DNA of 64,000 nt from Prorocentrum cordatum (GCA_963575745.1 CAUYUJ010000249.1:1-64000); one strand, 5' to 3'; shown: positions 23,535 to 39,411, counted from the first letter of the stretch. Numbers and translations: made by a program. Notes: generated from the sequence alone by a model not told the origin.

Positions 23535-23927
23535 GTCGGACAACTGGGACATGGGCAAACCAGATGCAAACAGGTAGTCAGGACAGCTTCGGAGCGTCGT
23601 CCCCAGACGAGGTCTGCTTGGACCCGTCTGGAGCGTCCCTCCTGCGGCGCGCACAAGGGAGTGGGGGGAGGGGGGAGGGCCTCTGAGAAGCACCCCTGCT
23701 TCCTAGAAGGCGCGGGCCTTATCCAATAGATGTAAGGCCGGCGCCCTCTAGGAAGCAGCCTGCTTCTAAGAAGCCCTCCCCCTTCCCCAACCCCCTTGTG
23801 CGCGCCGCCAACCCCCGGAGGAGGGGTGCTCCAAAAGGGTCCAAGCAGACATCGTCTGGGGACGACGCTCCGAAGCTGTCCTGGCTACGTGTCTGCATCT
23901 GGTTTGCCCATGTCCCAGTTGTCCGAC
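23535..23927. mobile_element. ~390-bp fold-back element with ~190-bp arms
   Basis: GTCGGACAACTGGGACATGGGCAAACCAGATGCA... pairs with ...TGCATCTGGTTTGCCCATGTCCCAGTTGTCCGAC. Its central hairpin recurs at ~51098-51195. Confidence 0.85.
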
Positions 23928-25344
23928 GAGATGCGCCAGTAGGGGGGGGGACATGCCCGCCCTTGACTTCAATGTGCCCATATTCTAGATGGTCATGTTC
24001 TAAGTGTCCCTCTGCAGGAGGGATGCCCCGAGTTTCTTAATAAGCGTCGGGGGGGCAAAACCTAGTCTGGCGGCGGTGTCTCGATTATGTGTTTGGGTAT
24101 GTTTACGTGTCCTACAACATCCACGTGTGGGGGGGCATGCCCGACCTAAGCGAAGGCCTGGGTAACAGTCCGTCGCCTCTTCCAGCGGGCCACCTCCAGC
24201 GAAGAGATCCAGGACGCTCCCCCGAGTTGGCATCTAGGATATGCTTAGGGAAGCGAACAATGACAAACACATAACAACTCGGAGGTCCGCGCGGATCTCT
24301 CGGATCCGTGCGCGAATCGACCTAACACTATTCTCAAAGTGCCTAATTACTCGCAAGCGTCCGATGAAAAGTCAATGGTTGTCTCGACGTTGTGGATCGT
24401 GAATCCCCCCGCGGCGGATCCAGGCCATTTGCGAGCGGTTCCTCTGCAAGTAGTGGACCGCGCTTGTCTACGGAGGGAAACGGACCCTTAGGTCAAGTCG
24501 GGCCTGTCCCTCTAGAGGAAGAATATTCAAACATTGTCAGAACATAGTCTGGGGACTATTTTCAAGTTTTGATTTTCGCTGTTGGATATCTCTTGAACAT
24601 TTCGAATCTTTTTTGACTATTTTCAATTTGTCCTCGAAAATCAGCCTGTAGGGGGACAGGCCCGACCTAACCTTAGGTTTCTCTGAGTTCTCTCGCTGCC
24701 GGGGCCCCCCCGGGGCCCCAGGGCCGCTGACAGAGCACAACCCGAAAGCGTGGTCCCCAGGAGAAGCCCCGGCTGGCGATTCCGCCGGTTCGATTCATCC
24801 CGATCGCCGACCCGACTTCTCGAGCCGATTCTGGGCTCTCCTGGGGAGGCCTCTGCACCAGTCCAGGGCCCACGTTGGGCCTGGCCAGGGCCGGTGGTGG
24901 TGGCGTGTGCTGGTGGGGCCCCTCCCGGAGGCTGCCCGCGCCAGGTCGTGCGTGGGAGCCCGCGTCTCCGCCGTGGCCTTCCGCGCCGGCGGCCCGCACG
25001 AGCCGAGGCGCCGAGGTCGCTGCGTCAGCTCGCGTGAGGCCTCACCACCCACCAAACCACCCCAACCCAACCCGAAGGCTCAGACTTACCCTCCATTTCC
25101 AGTGGGGTGGGGGGGGGTCGGGAAGCATCGAGCAAAACACCCGTGGAACCCTAAAACCCCCCCCCCCACCCGGAATTCGGGTCTTCGGGTTGGGTGGGGG
25201 TGGTCTGGTAGGTGGTCAAGGCCCGTCACTGCTCGTTGCCCACAGGCGGTCTTCGGAGGTCTGAGCGGTTCCTTCGGTCTTGCGCTGGATGCCGGGGGGG
25301 CGCGGCAGAAGAGTGCCGAGGGAAGGGTGACGCCTAGTTGAGTC

Positions 25345-25570
25345 AGAGCCCCGAATCATCAGAGGTAACTCGGGTCAGGGCTAACTCGGGTTCGTTTTTC
25401 GGGAATCCGAACCCGACTTACCCTGGACCCGAGTTACCCCGGATGATTCGGGCGTCCAGAGCCCCACATCATCAGGAGTAACTCGGGTCAGGGCTAACTC
25501 GGGTTCCTTTTTCGGGAATCCGAACCCGAGTTACCCCGGACCCGAGTTACCCCGGATAACTCGGGCGCCC
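25345..25570. repeat. Tandem pair of ~113-bp hairpin units (GTAACTCGGGTC...GACCCGAGTTAC)
   Basis: Two near-identical self-complementary units. A degenerate relative lies at ~39770-39925. Confidence 0.85.
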
Positions 25571-26299
25571 AATTGAGAGTCCGTGCGGGCGTCCGGCAGA
25601 TTCGCGTTCCTCCTGCTCTCCGTTGCGACTTCGACCGCGATCCCTGCCCGCGCTGAGGCTATCACGAAGCCAAAAAGCGCACGATCACGCCGTGGGGGTT
25701 CGAGTGGCGGGACACGGAGTACGTCGGCAAGGAGGGAGCGCTCGCACCTTAGCGGCCCGCCGCTTCTGGAATTGCAATGTGCTTCTGGGTGTCAGTTGTA
25801 AGTCGGGCGTGTCCCTCTACAGGAGGAATTTCCAAGAATCTTAAAACGAGTCTGATGTTTGGATCACTGATTTTTTAAACTAATGTTGAACAGTTGTTGT
25901 ATATTGTTGGTTTATCATATAAAATCCGCCTGCAGGGGAACATGCCCGACCTAGCGTCAGTTGTATCAGCACGACGATTTCCCCGACTCGGAGGTTCTCT
26001 TGCCTCGGGATTGGAGGGCCAAGCTTACCTGCTTCCAGAAACCCAACATCTGGGCCCGATGCCAAATATACCGCTCTCACGTCCTAGCCAGAAGCGTCTG
26101 TGGACACATTGGGCGCCGTGACGTCCGTCGACACTTGGGGGTGGATACGTCTATGGACAACGTGGCCGTTGCGTGCGGCGCGGTGCAGGGTCGGAGAAAA
26201 GGTAGGTCCGTCTACGGTATGTTCCTGTTCTAGAGCAGGTCCGCCAGGTGGGTCTCAGCGCAGGTCCAAGAAACCCGCGCGGAGCGCCACACGTTTATC

Positions 26300-28105
26300 T
26301 TCCCCGAGGAACTGCGGGCAGAGGCCGACTGCGCCGTGGCCGCGGGCCACGGGGGCGGCAGCGGGCCCTCGGCGGCCGCGCGAAGGAGCCTGGCTGAGTT
26401 TGCTGCTGCTCGACACCGACGTGACGCGAGGGGCAGGCGTGTCGACCTCGCCTGGCAGGCAGCGCCCCGCCGACTGGGCGCCGCCGGGCACGCGCGGGGT
26501 CCTGCTCGTACGCCCTGGCTGGCAGGGGGGTCCGCTCTCTGGCAGCGCGCGACGCCTGGCATTCCGACGCCTGCGCGCCGGCGTGGATCGCCGGGCCCAC
26601 CTGCGGCAAGCACCTCCCGCGCCCGTTGCTGCCGACGGGCGGCGGGGCGGGCCACGCGGCGACAGAGCCCGTCGCGGCGAACTGGGGCCGGCGGCTGGGG
26701 GGGCCCGGTGGCCCCGAACGCGGGCTCTCGGCCTGTCCCTGCTGGGAGCCACGGCGCGCGGCTGCCGCGCAGCTGGTCGGCATCTCGCGCGCGGCCGCCC
26801 GAGCGCGGCGGCAGCGGCCCCCGCCGCATTGGACCAGCGGCTCGCCGCCTTGGCGGAGCAAGCGCGGCTTCCCTTGCCGCCCGCCCTGCGAGATCCTGCC
26901 GAGCACTCGCGCGCGAGCGTGGGCCGATGGAGCGCGCGAGCATCTGGCGCGACCCGTTGCGGGCCAGGGTGGGCCGGGGTGCCCGCGAGGGGCGGCGCCC
27001 TGGCGGGCCCCTGGAGATGCGCGGCCCGGTTGACGGCGCCCAGACCGCGCAGCGGGCCGAGTTGGCCGCGGCGGGCCGGGCGGATGTTATCACGGACTCG
27101 CGGCTCGTGGCTAATGGGATCGCGGCGATCCACGGCGACGCCGGCTCGAGCGCGCGCGCCGACATTTGGGATCACCTCGCCGCGCACTGTCGCAGCGGCC
27201 AGCTCCGGGCGCGTTGGGCCAAGGGCCTTTCGCACGGACTCGCGGCTCGCGGCCAATGGGATCGCGGCGATCCACGGCGACGCCGGCTCGAGCGCGCGCG
27301 CCGACATTTGAGATCACCTCGCCGCGTACTGTCGCAGCGGCCAGCTCTGGGCGCGTTGGGCCAAGGGCCTTTCGCACGGACTCGCGGTTCGCGGCCAATG
27401 GGATCGCGGCGATCCACGGCGACGCCGGCTCGAGCGCGCGCGCCGACATTTGAGATCACCTCGCCGCGCACTGTCGCAGCGGCCAGCTCTGGGCGCGTTG
27501 GGCCAAGGGCCATTCGGACGCTACCGACCGAGGAGGACCAGGCGGGCAACGAGGTGTCGGGCCGGCTGGCCGCGGAGGCTGCAGCTTGTTGCTGATCGCC
27601 GCCTCCCGCGCAGGTCAGTGGGTGACTTCGGCGGCTGCAAGCGCTCGAAGCGGTACAGCGCATGCTCGCCGCCTTGGAGCTGGCCGCGGCGAAGGCGAAC
27701 CACAGCCGCGCTGGCGCTGATGGCCCGCGCGCGCGCGTCGCCAGCGGGCCCTTGCGGGGCCTCGCCGCCGCCGCTGGGCGCCCCGCCGAAGGGGCGACGC
27801 GGCCGTTGCGGCCGTCGGGGCCACAGCTGCGCCGCCGGCTGCCCAGGGCGCGCTCGCCGATGCCCCGCGGCGGATGCGGCGGGCGCGGCAGAGCCTGGCC
27901 TGGGCGGCCTGCGTGGTCTGCGGCTGCTGGGCGCCGGTCTGGGCGCGCCTCGCCAGTCCCCCCTGCGCGGGGCGGGCCCCAGCGGCGCCCCCGCGGGCAC
28001 CCGGGCTGCTCCTGCTGGGGCCGCGCGCGCTGGCGCCAGCGAGGTCGATTGGCGCGCGTCGGCTCGCCGCCGGCTGCAGCAGCGCCCCGACCCGCTGGTT
28101 TAAGT
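26300..28105 (+). mobile_element. 5'-truncated decayed LINE fragment with RNase H domain
   Basis: WADG (26920), GPVDGAQTAQRAELAA, VITDS, ADIW, WAKGH (27499) and GNEVSGRLA give the RNase HI motif order. Preceded by a CPCW Cys motif. Ends are approximate. Confidence 0.75.
27091..27510 (+). repeat. Three tandem 142-bp copies inside the RNase H coding region
   Basis: Units start at 27091, 27233 and 27375 and are nearly identical. Confidence 0.92.
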
Positions 28106-28319
28106 AATCAGAATTAGTTTTCGCCTCTGTCACGGAGGTCTTCCGCCGGTTCCTCCTCCCTGTTTTCCTTTGTGTCCTCCTGTGCCACTTCCGGTGCAGT
28201 GCGCTCCTTTGTCCAGCCATACTGTGGTGTTGTGTCCTCGTTTTGAAGAGGCAGCGCCCCGCGTTCTCCTTTTTCCTTCCTCTTCGCCCTCCTCCCTCTT
28301 CCCCCCCTCCCATCACCAT

Positions 28320-29495
28320 CGGTTCGCATGCGTCTCCCCCGCCCAGTACAACGTTTCGTGGCCCCATAGCGAGCTCGAGCGGCGGCCCCAGTGGCGCAGT
28401 CCGTAATTATGCGGTTCCCCAACCCAGTGCAGCGCTTCGTGGCCCCATAGGGAGCTCCACCGAAGGTTCCAGTGGCGCAGTCCGCATGCTTTTCCCCCAC
28501 CCAGGACAACGTGTCGTGGCCCCATACGGAGCTCCATCGAAGGTCCCAGTGGCGCACCCCGCATGCGCTTCCCCCGCCTGGCACATTCCGCATGCGTTTG
28601 CCCCACCCAATACAGCGCTTCGAATTCTATAGAAGAGTCCACCGAAGGTCCCAGTGGCGGATCTCGCATGCGGCTCCCCAACCCAGTACAGCGCGTCGTG
28701 GCCCAATAGGGGGCTCCACTTAAGGCACCAGTAGCGCAGTCCGCATGCGGACCCCCACCCAGTACAGCGTGTCGTGGCCCCATAAGGAGCTCCACCGCAG
28801 GTCCAAGTGTCGCAGTTCGCATGGAGGTCCCCCACACACAGTACAGCACTTCGTGGCCCCAGAGGGAGCCCCACCGATTGCCCCAATGGCGCAGTCCGCA
28901 GTCGGTTCCCCACCCGATACAGCGAGCGCTTCGTGGCCCAAAGGGAGCCCCACCGAATGTCCCAGTGGCGCAGTCCGCATGCGGTCCCCCCGCGCAGTTC
29001 AGCGGCTCGTGGCCACATATGGAGTCCCAGTGGCGCAGTCCGCGTGCGGGTCCCCCACCCAGTCAGTTCAGCACCACCCAGTACAGCGCTTCGTCGCCCC
29101 ATAGGAAGGTCCACCGAAGGTCCCATTGGCGCTGACCGCACGCGGCCTCTTTACCCAGTGCAGCGTTTCGTGTCCCCATAGGGAGCCCCACCGAAGATCC
29201 CAATGGCGGATCTTGCATGCGGCTTTTGTGTTCAGTGCATTTCTCTGTGGCCCCATAGGGAGCTCCACCGAAGGTCCCACTGGCGAATATCGCATGCGGC
29301 TTCCCCACCCAGTACATCTGGGAGCTCCACCGAAGGTCCCAATGGCGCAGTCCGCACGCGATTCCCTCACCCACTACATCTTCGTGGCCCAACAGGGGGC
29401 TCTCCACCGAAGGTCCCAGTGGCGCAGTCTGCGGAGCCCGCATGCGCTTCCTCCGCCCAGTACAGCGCGTCGTGGCCCCAGAGGCAGCCCCACGG
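28320..29495. repeat. ~78-bp minisatellite, ~14 units (GTGGCCCCATAGGGAGCTCCACCGAAGGTCCCAGTGGCGCAGTCCGCATGCG...CCAGTACAGCGC)
   Basis: Direct reading. A solo unit lies at ~63015-63068. Confidence 0.92.
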
Positions 29496-32400
29496 AAAAC
29501 GACACCCACAAGTGCGGTGTTGACACTTGCATATGGTTGGTTTGCTCGCCAGGCTAATTTGGGAGATTTGGCGTCTGAAGGCTTCTGCTGGGTAGTACTC
29601 TTGGCTGGTTTGTCACCAACGCGCGCACCCTTCGCGACAGGATCGCTTCCATACATCGAATGGCACTCGGCCCATCCCACTGCCGAGCTTGGGCTGTGGG
29701 CATATAGGAAGCCTATGGGATGTTCGTTGGGATTTCGTGGGGTCTCGGGGGCCTCGTCGAGGCAGTTTGGACGCCCTTTGGGGGCCGTTTGTGGGCCTCT
29801 TGGGGCCACTTTGAGGCCTCGGAGTGGCCTCTCGGGGCCTCTTGGAGATTCGCGGGCGCCTCTTGGGGCTTGGGCGCCTCTTGGGGCGGAGGGCTCGGAA
29901 TTAAGGGCCGTGCTCCCTCTTTGGGCCCCCTTTTGGGGCCGTCTTGGGCCGTTTTGGAAGTCTATTCGATGCATCTTGGGGCGAATTGGGGGGCCTGTAG
30001 GGCCGTCTGGGAGCGCCGGGAAGCCGCGAGGCGGGAACGCCAAAATCTTTGATTGTGGCCTCCGTGGGGCCCTCTTGGGAGGTTTCTTGGAGGCCTCTTG
30101 CGGTGTTTAGGGGGCATCTTGGGCCGTTTGGGGGCTATCTTGAGCATCTTGGAGCGATCGTTCGGCGACTCGGGGCCGCCTTGGGCCGTCTTGAGGGCCA
30201 CGTGGGGCTCCCCTGGCCCGTCTCGAGGCGCTCGTGGCCCGAAAACGTAAGGCGACAAGATGCGGCAAGCAAGGCCCGAGGGAACCGCGCCAAGTCCCGG
30301 GAGATGTGTGCAATCTCATGAGTAAGGACAGATGCTTCGAGCATCGAGCCCAGGAACTGAGAACACGCCAACTCCGTGCCCAGCGGCACGGTGGCGGATC
30401 GTGTTGTCATTGCTACTTGATGTTTTTGAGTTCGCGATCGCAGGTGACATCTGTGTTTCCAACTACTTCAAGGACGTGTTCGTTGGCCTTTTCAGCTTGG
30501 CTATGTCTATCGCTGGGCCCGCACGCGTTGCGCAGTTGTTTGTTTGGGGGCCTGCTTTGGAGCGCCTGTTTTTTTGGGGTTGAACATTCTCACCCAGCGA
30601 GACGAGCAAGATTTCGTTTGGCATCACTTGCGAGTGCGTGAAGATACGCATGACCTGTGAGTGCAAGGAGTCGTGCGTCGAGTGAGTGACTTGGTTACCT
30701 CCCTTCTTCTCTGTTGCACTTTTCCAAGTCCAGGGCCATTGCGCGATTGTCTGTCGCCTGCAATGCCAGGTCCCCCTGGGTGTTACAATTTGTTCGGCCA
30801 GCTTGGCCACCAGGGGCCACTTAGACAAGGCTCCACTGGCAGAGGATTCGCAGTGCTGTCGCCTCAAAGCTCCCCTCATTTTTCTCGCGACAGCACGGGG
30901 GGCATCGGTTGTCGGGGGGGAGTCGCCGCGTTCTTGGTGTGGAGGGGGTTGCCCTTGCATGACCGTCGTTGGCCATTGGTTATTCGTTTGGGCTTCGGGG
31001 CGAGGAACGCCCGGGAACACTTCAACATTTGCTCTGCTGCGCAATTCGTTGAGCTAGCGAAAACGGTAGAGACAACCACATCTGCTGCAGGGACTCTGGT
31101 AGGTTGCACGCCGTTTTAAGCGCTTGTTGCGCTTTGCGAAGCGTCCGGAGGGGGATGTGTCAAGTCACGCGCAGGCGTCTCTCATCGGCGCGGCCGTTGA
31201 TTGGCGCTGTCGCCTGCTGGGCCCTTCGGTTTTTTCTGTTGCAGATTGGCGTTCGACTGCACATTGGTTCAGTGCGATCTCGGCTCCCTCCTCCTTTCGT
31301 CCTTCACCTCCTTCTCCTCCGCCTACCCCCCAGATGGTCCCAGGAGGTTTGTCGGAGCTGGCGTTTCTCATTGACGCGACCGTTGATGGGCGCTGTCGCA
31401 CAGCAGGCTGCTGGGTTCTCCGGTCTTTATGTTGCAGCTTGGTTTTTCCATTGCACATTGGTTCCGTGCAGATATCGGTTCCGCTTAGAAAGCCATCTCC
31501 GTTCAGAGAGCCGAGACCCTTCACAACGTGGTTCGTTCCAAGCAAAAGTCGCCCTTCGGCACGTATCTGGCTTGAAACAAATAGCTGGGAGAAAAAAAAA
31601 CGATACGGACCCTGGAAAAGGCTGGAGCAGCGCGGCATGCACCGATTGTGCCGTTACGGTTACCTGCTTTGCATTTCAGAGTGTCTTAGAGTTAAGTCGG
31701 GCAGGGGGAATATTCAAGACTAGTCAAACAAATAGTATGGTTGTGTGTGCAAAGTCAGAGCCTTAATTTAGTTATCAACCTCGCCCTTTCCTTGGCGTGA
31801 TCAACCAGAGAACTCCCTTTCTCTCCGCTTCTGCTCCTCGGTGCGCCGCTCGCGCTCCCTCCCGGGCTCTTATCCTTCGCCCCCCTTCTCTATCATTAGC
31901 CGCTCCCTGCTCCAATTGTCCGTCATTCGCTTGGCCCCAGAGGTGGCCCTCGAGGCTTTGACATCGGACATCCCCTCCTCCCTTCTTCGCCCCCCCCCCC
32001 CCCCCCCCCTGCGCGACTGTCCAGACCGTTGCGCCTCCCGCGAACAATTCGCGAGAGTCCAGGCCTGGGCGACTCGTGCAGGAAATGAGCGGCGGAGACC
32101 CCCCTGGATGACTCCACCGCTCGGAACGACCCCCCCCCCCGGGCGAGTCGGCCCGTCCTGGAACCCCCCTGGGCGATCCAGGACCCCCCGCGTCCTCCCA
32201 GGCGAGCGGGGGCGCCTGCGAGAAAAAAGCCCGCCTAAGCTCCCCATTTCGAGGAAACTTTGGAGGGGGCGATCCGCGCCTGAGCGGCAGTCGAACCCCC
32301 CCGGGCGATCAACCGCGGCAGATTTTTCCCACATGAAAAAGACAACAACAAACACACAAAAACCAACACACAAACACACACAAACACAAAACGAAGAAAC

Positions 32401-32699
32401 AAACAAAGAAATAACAACACATAGCAATAATAACAAAACCAAAAAAAACGGCGGAACATAAAAAACAACATAAAATCAACCACACACGCACACAAACACC
32501 ACTAAATTATGGTTATGACTTTGCACACCTAAGTATGGTGACGATTTGTCATGTTTTCTTAGCTTTGTGGTTTGAATTGTTTGTTATTCTCCATATCCTG
32601 AGTGAGAGTCTGGTTCCTCCCCTGAATGGGGCTCCTGTTGTCTTGGGACACACTCACCTTCTCCTTCACCTCCCTGTCCCTCCCCTTCTCTGCGATACG

Positions 32700-36230
<3,531 letters not shown>

Positions 36231-36231
36231 A

Positions 36232-36606
36232 CTATCAGCTTTCGTGTCCCTCCCCGCTGTTCAAGAAGGCCCCGCCAGAGCACTGGAGTACCATACTATG
36301 TATCAGGTTTCGTGCCCCTCCCACACTCCAAGGAGGCTCCGCCAGAGCGAGGAGAGCACCAGAGTACTACACAAGTCATGAGTTTTTGGATTCCTCCCAG
36401 CCCTCCAGTGAGGCCCCGCAAGAGCGAGGAAGGTATCGGAGCACCACGCTATTTATCAGGTGTCGTGACCCTGCCCCCTCTAAGGGGGCCCTGCCCGAGC
36501 GAGGAGGTCATCGGAATACCATACTATCTATTAGCTTTCGAGCCCCCCACCTTCTAGGGAGGCCCCGCCAGAGCGAGGAAAACAATGGAGTACCATACTA
36601 TTTCGA
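36232..36606. repeat. ~60-bp degenerate minisatellite (GAGGCCCCGCCAGAGCGAGGA...GGAGTACCATACTAT)
   Basis: About 5-6 related units. Confidence 0.75.
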
Positions 36607-37603
36607 AGGCCTTACGGCCGATGCCGCCGACCTTGAGAACGACGAAGATGAAAACGAGGGGAGGGGCAGGGGGAGGAGGAGGAGTGGGAGGTGGAGGAAG
36701 GGTGGAGGAGGTGGATGAGGGAGGAGGAGGGGGGAGAAGGATGTGGAGGAGAAGCAAGGGGAGGTGAAGGAGGCAGAGGAGAGCAGGAGGAGGGGGAGCA
36801 GAGGGGGGAGGAGGAGGAGGAGGAGGAGGAGGAGGAGGAGGAGGAGGAGGAGGAGGAGAGGAGGAGGAGAAGGAGGAGAAGGAGGACGAGGACGAGGAGG
36901 AGGAGGAAGAGGAGAAGAGGAGGAGGAGGAGGAGAGGAGGAGGAGGAGGAGGAGGCCAGAGGCTTTCTTGGGACAGCCTGGGGCTCTCTTGAGGCCGTCT
37001 TGGGCCGTCCAGGGCTCCTCTTGCGCCGTCTCGAGGCACTCTTGGAGGCCTCCTGGGCAATTTGGGGCTCTCTTGGGCTGTCTTGCGGCAGATTGGGGGC
37101 CCCTTGGGAGCCTCTTGGGGCCTCTTGGGGCTTCTTCGGGGCCTCTTGGGGGCCTCTTGGGGCTGACGGCTCGAAATGTCTGTTCGGGTCCCCCGTCTGG
37201 GCACTCTCCTGGAGCCGTCTGGGTGGCCTCTTGGGCCGTCTTGGAGGCGTCTTGGGCCGTCTTGGGGCCCTATTCGGCCGTTAAGGGACCCTCTGAGAGG
37301 CCTCTTGGACCGTCTCGGAGCGATCTTGGGGGCCTCTTGGGCCGTCTTGGCGCGTCGGGAAGCGGAAGAGGCAAGAACGCCCAAATCTTCAAATAGCGTA
37401 TGGGAAATCCATGAATTTTGCCTCTTGGGGCTCTCGTGGGAAAGCTCCTGGAGGCCTCTTGGGGCGCTTTGCAGGCCTCTTGGGCCGTCTGGAGGCCGTC
37501 AAGGCGTCTTGGACAGATCGTTCGGCGATTCGGGGTTCTCTTGGACTGTCTTTGGGGCCTCTTGGGGCATTCTTGGCCCGTGTTGGGGCTTTTTTGGGCT
37601 CCG

Positions 37604-37703
37604 NNNNNNNNNNNNNNNNNNNNNNNNNNNNNNNNNNNNNNNNNNNNNNNNNNNNNNNNNNNNNNNNNNNNNNNNNNNNNNNNNNNNNNNNNNNNNNNNN
37701 NNN
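37604..37703. other. Assembly gap (100 N)
   Basis: Run of N. Confidence 1.
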
Positions 37704-38355
37704 AGGCGGAGGCGGAGGCGGAGGAGGAGGAGGAGGAGGAGGAGGAGGAGGAGGAGGAGGATCCACTACAGTGGACGATGCGAGAAGAGAGTACGCTTCG
37801 ACACTGTATCGACCTACGAACTGATGAAGATGGTTGGGATGTTCCCCTGGGCGTTAGGAAGTTTCATGTGCCATTGGATCCTTATTTGGCACTACATGAT
37901 GGCGACCTATGTACACACTCGGGCAGGCCACGATTCTACGGTCACCCAGCGGTACGACTACCAGTGGAGGACCCACTCCAGACAAACCTCCCTCCCCCAC
38001 TGACTGTTGCTCAAATGCGGGAAGGGCCCTCGCACGAAGGCGATGCCCTGACCTAGCTGGTCAGCGCCAGTGTCCATTCACTTTAAAAAATAGTAATGCG
38101 AAGGTGTCGCACTAAGTAGTGTGACGCGCCATCGGCAGTACCGCGCACCCTGGGCGAAGGACTCCGCTTTGCTTTCTCTCTGCCCGTTCCCGATCCATCT
38201 ACTGCGCCTTTGGCAGTAACCCAGGTTTGCATGGATTAGCATCACTCCACTGCGAGTACGTGCTCTACTTTCCTTGTCCATCCCATCTCGTCCCCTCCTT
38301 TTGTATAGGCGTCGAACCGTCCGCCTCATGATGAATGAATGAATGAATGAATGAA

Positions 38356-39253
38356 TGAGGAGGAGGAGGAGGAGGAGGAGGAGGAGGAGGAGGAGGGCGG
38401 GAGGAGGGAGGAGGAGGAGGAGGAGGAGAGGAGGAGGAGGGAGGGGGAGGGGGGAGGGGGCGGGGGAGGGGAAGGGTGAGGGGGAGGGGGCAGGGGGGGA
38501 GGGGGAGGGGGAGGGGGAGGGGGAGGGGAGGAGGAGGAGGGAGGAGAGGAGGAGGAGGAGGAGGAGGAGGAGGAGGAGGAGGGGAAAAGAAGAAGAAGAG
38601 AGCGGGGGACACCTTGGGAGCTATGGGGGGGGCACTCTTTCGTCAACCATCCCACTGTGTGGGGGACAGGCCCGACCTAATCCTCGCTTATGCTCCCCCC
38701 CCTCCTCGCCTGGGCCACCCTTCGCCGCTTCACCCTTTCGGCCGCCTCCCTGCTGCCCAACGCGGAGCGGCGGGGGGGGAGGGGGAGGAGGAGGAGGAGG
38801 AGGAGGAGGAGGAGGGAGGAGGAGGAGGAGGAGGAGGAGGAGGAGGAGAATAGAGGAGGAAAGAGGAGAAAGAGGAGGAGAAAGAGGGAGGTTGGAGGAG
38901 GAGGAGGAGGGGGGGGGAGGAGGGGAGGAGGAGGAGAGGAGGATGGGGGAGGAGGGGAGGAGGGGGAGGCGGAGGACGAGGAGTGGAAGGAGGACGAGGA
39001 GCGTACGAGGAGGAGAGGAGGACGAGGATGACGAGGAGGAGGGGGGAGGCGGAGGGGAAGGAGGAGGGAGGAGGAGGAGGAGGAGGAGGAGGAGGAGGAG
39101 GGGGAGGAGGAGGAGGAGGAGGAGGAGGATGATGGTTGGGGAGGGAGAGGAGGAGGAGGAGGCGGAGGAGGAGGAGGAGGAGGAGGAGGAGGAGGAGGAG
39201 GAGGAGGAGGGGTGGGAGGAGAAGGAGGAGGAGGAGGAGGAGGAGGAGGAGGA

Positions 39254-39297
<44 letters not shown>
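38356..39297. repeat. (GGA)n microsatellite field ending in (CAG)n
   Basis: Direct reading. Similar (GGA)/(CCT) tracts occur throughout the window. Confidence 0.95.
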
Positions 39298-39411
39298 CGG
39301 GAGGAAGGTCAGCAGCGAGCGCAGACTGAGGCCCACGCCCGCCGCGGCCGCCCTCGGGCCTGCGCGGCGCCGCCTGCGCGCGCGCGTTCCTCCGCCGTGC
39401 ACCGCCGCCAG

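Noticed and set aside
28320..29495. CRISPR-like array or repeat protein
   Set aside because: Whole units are homologous with no unique spacers, and indels break the reading frames.
30330..31700. Possible LINE 3'-end fragments (Cys/His-rich peptides)
   Set aside because: The motifs are too decayed to assign a strand or family by eye.
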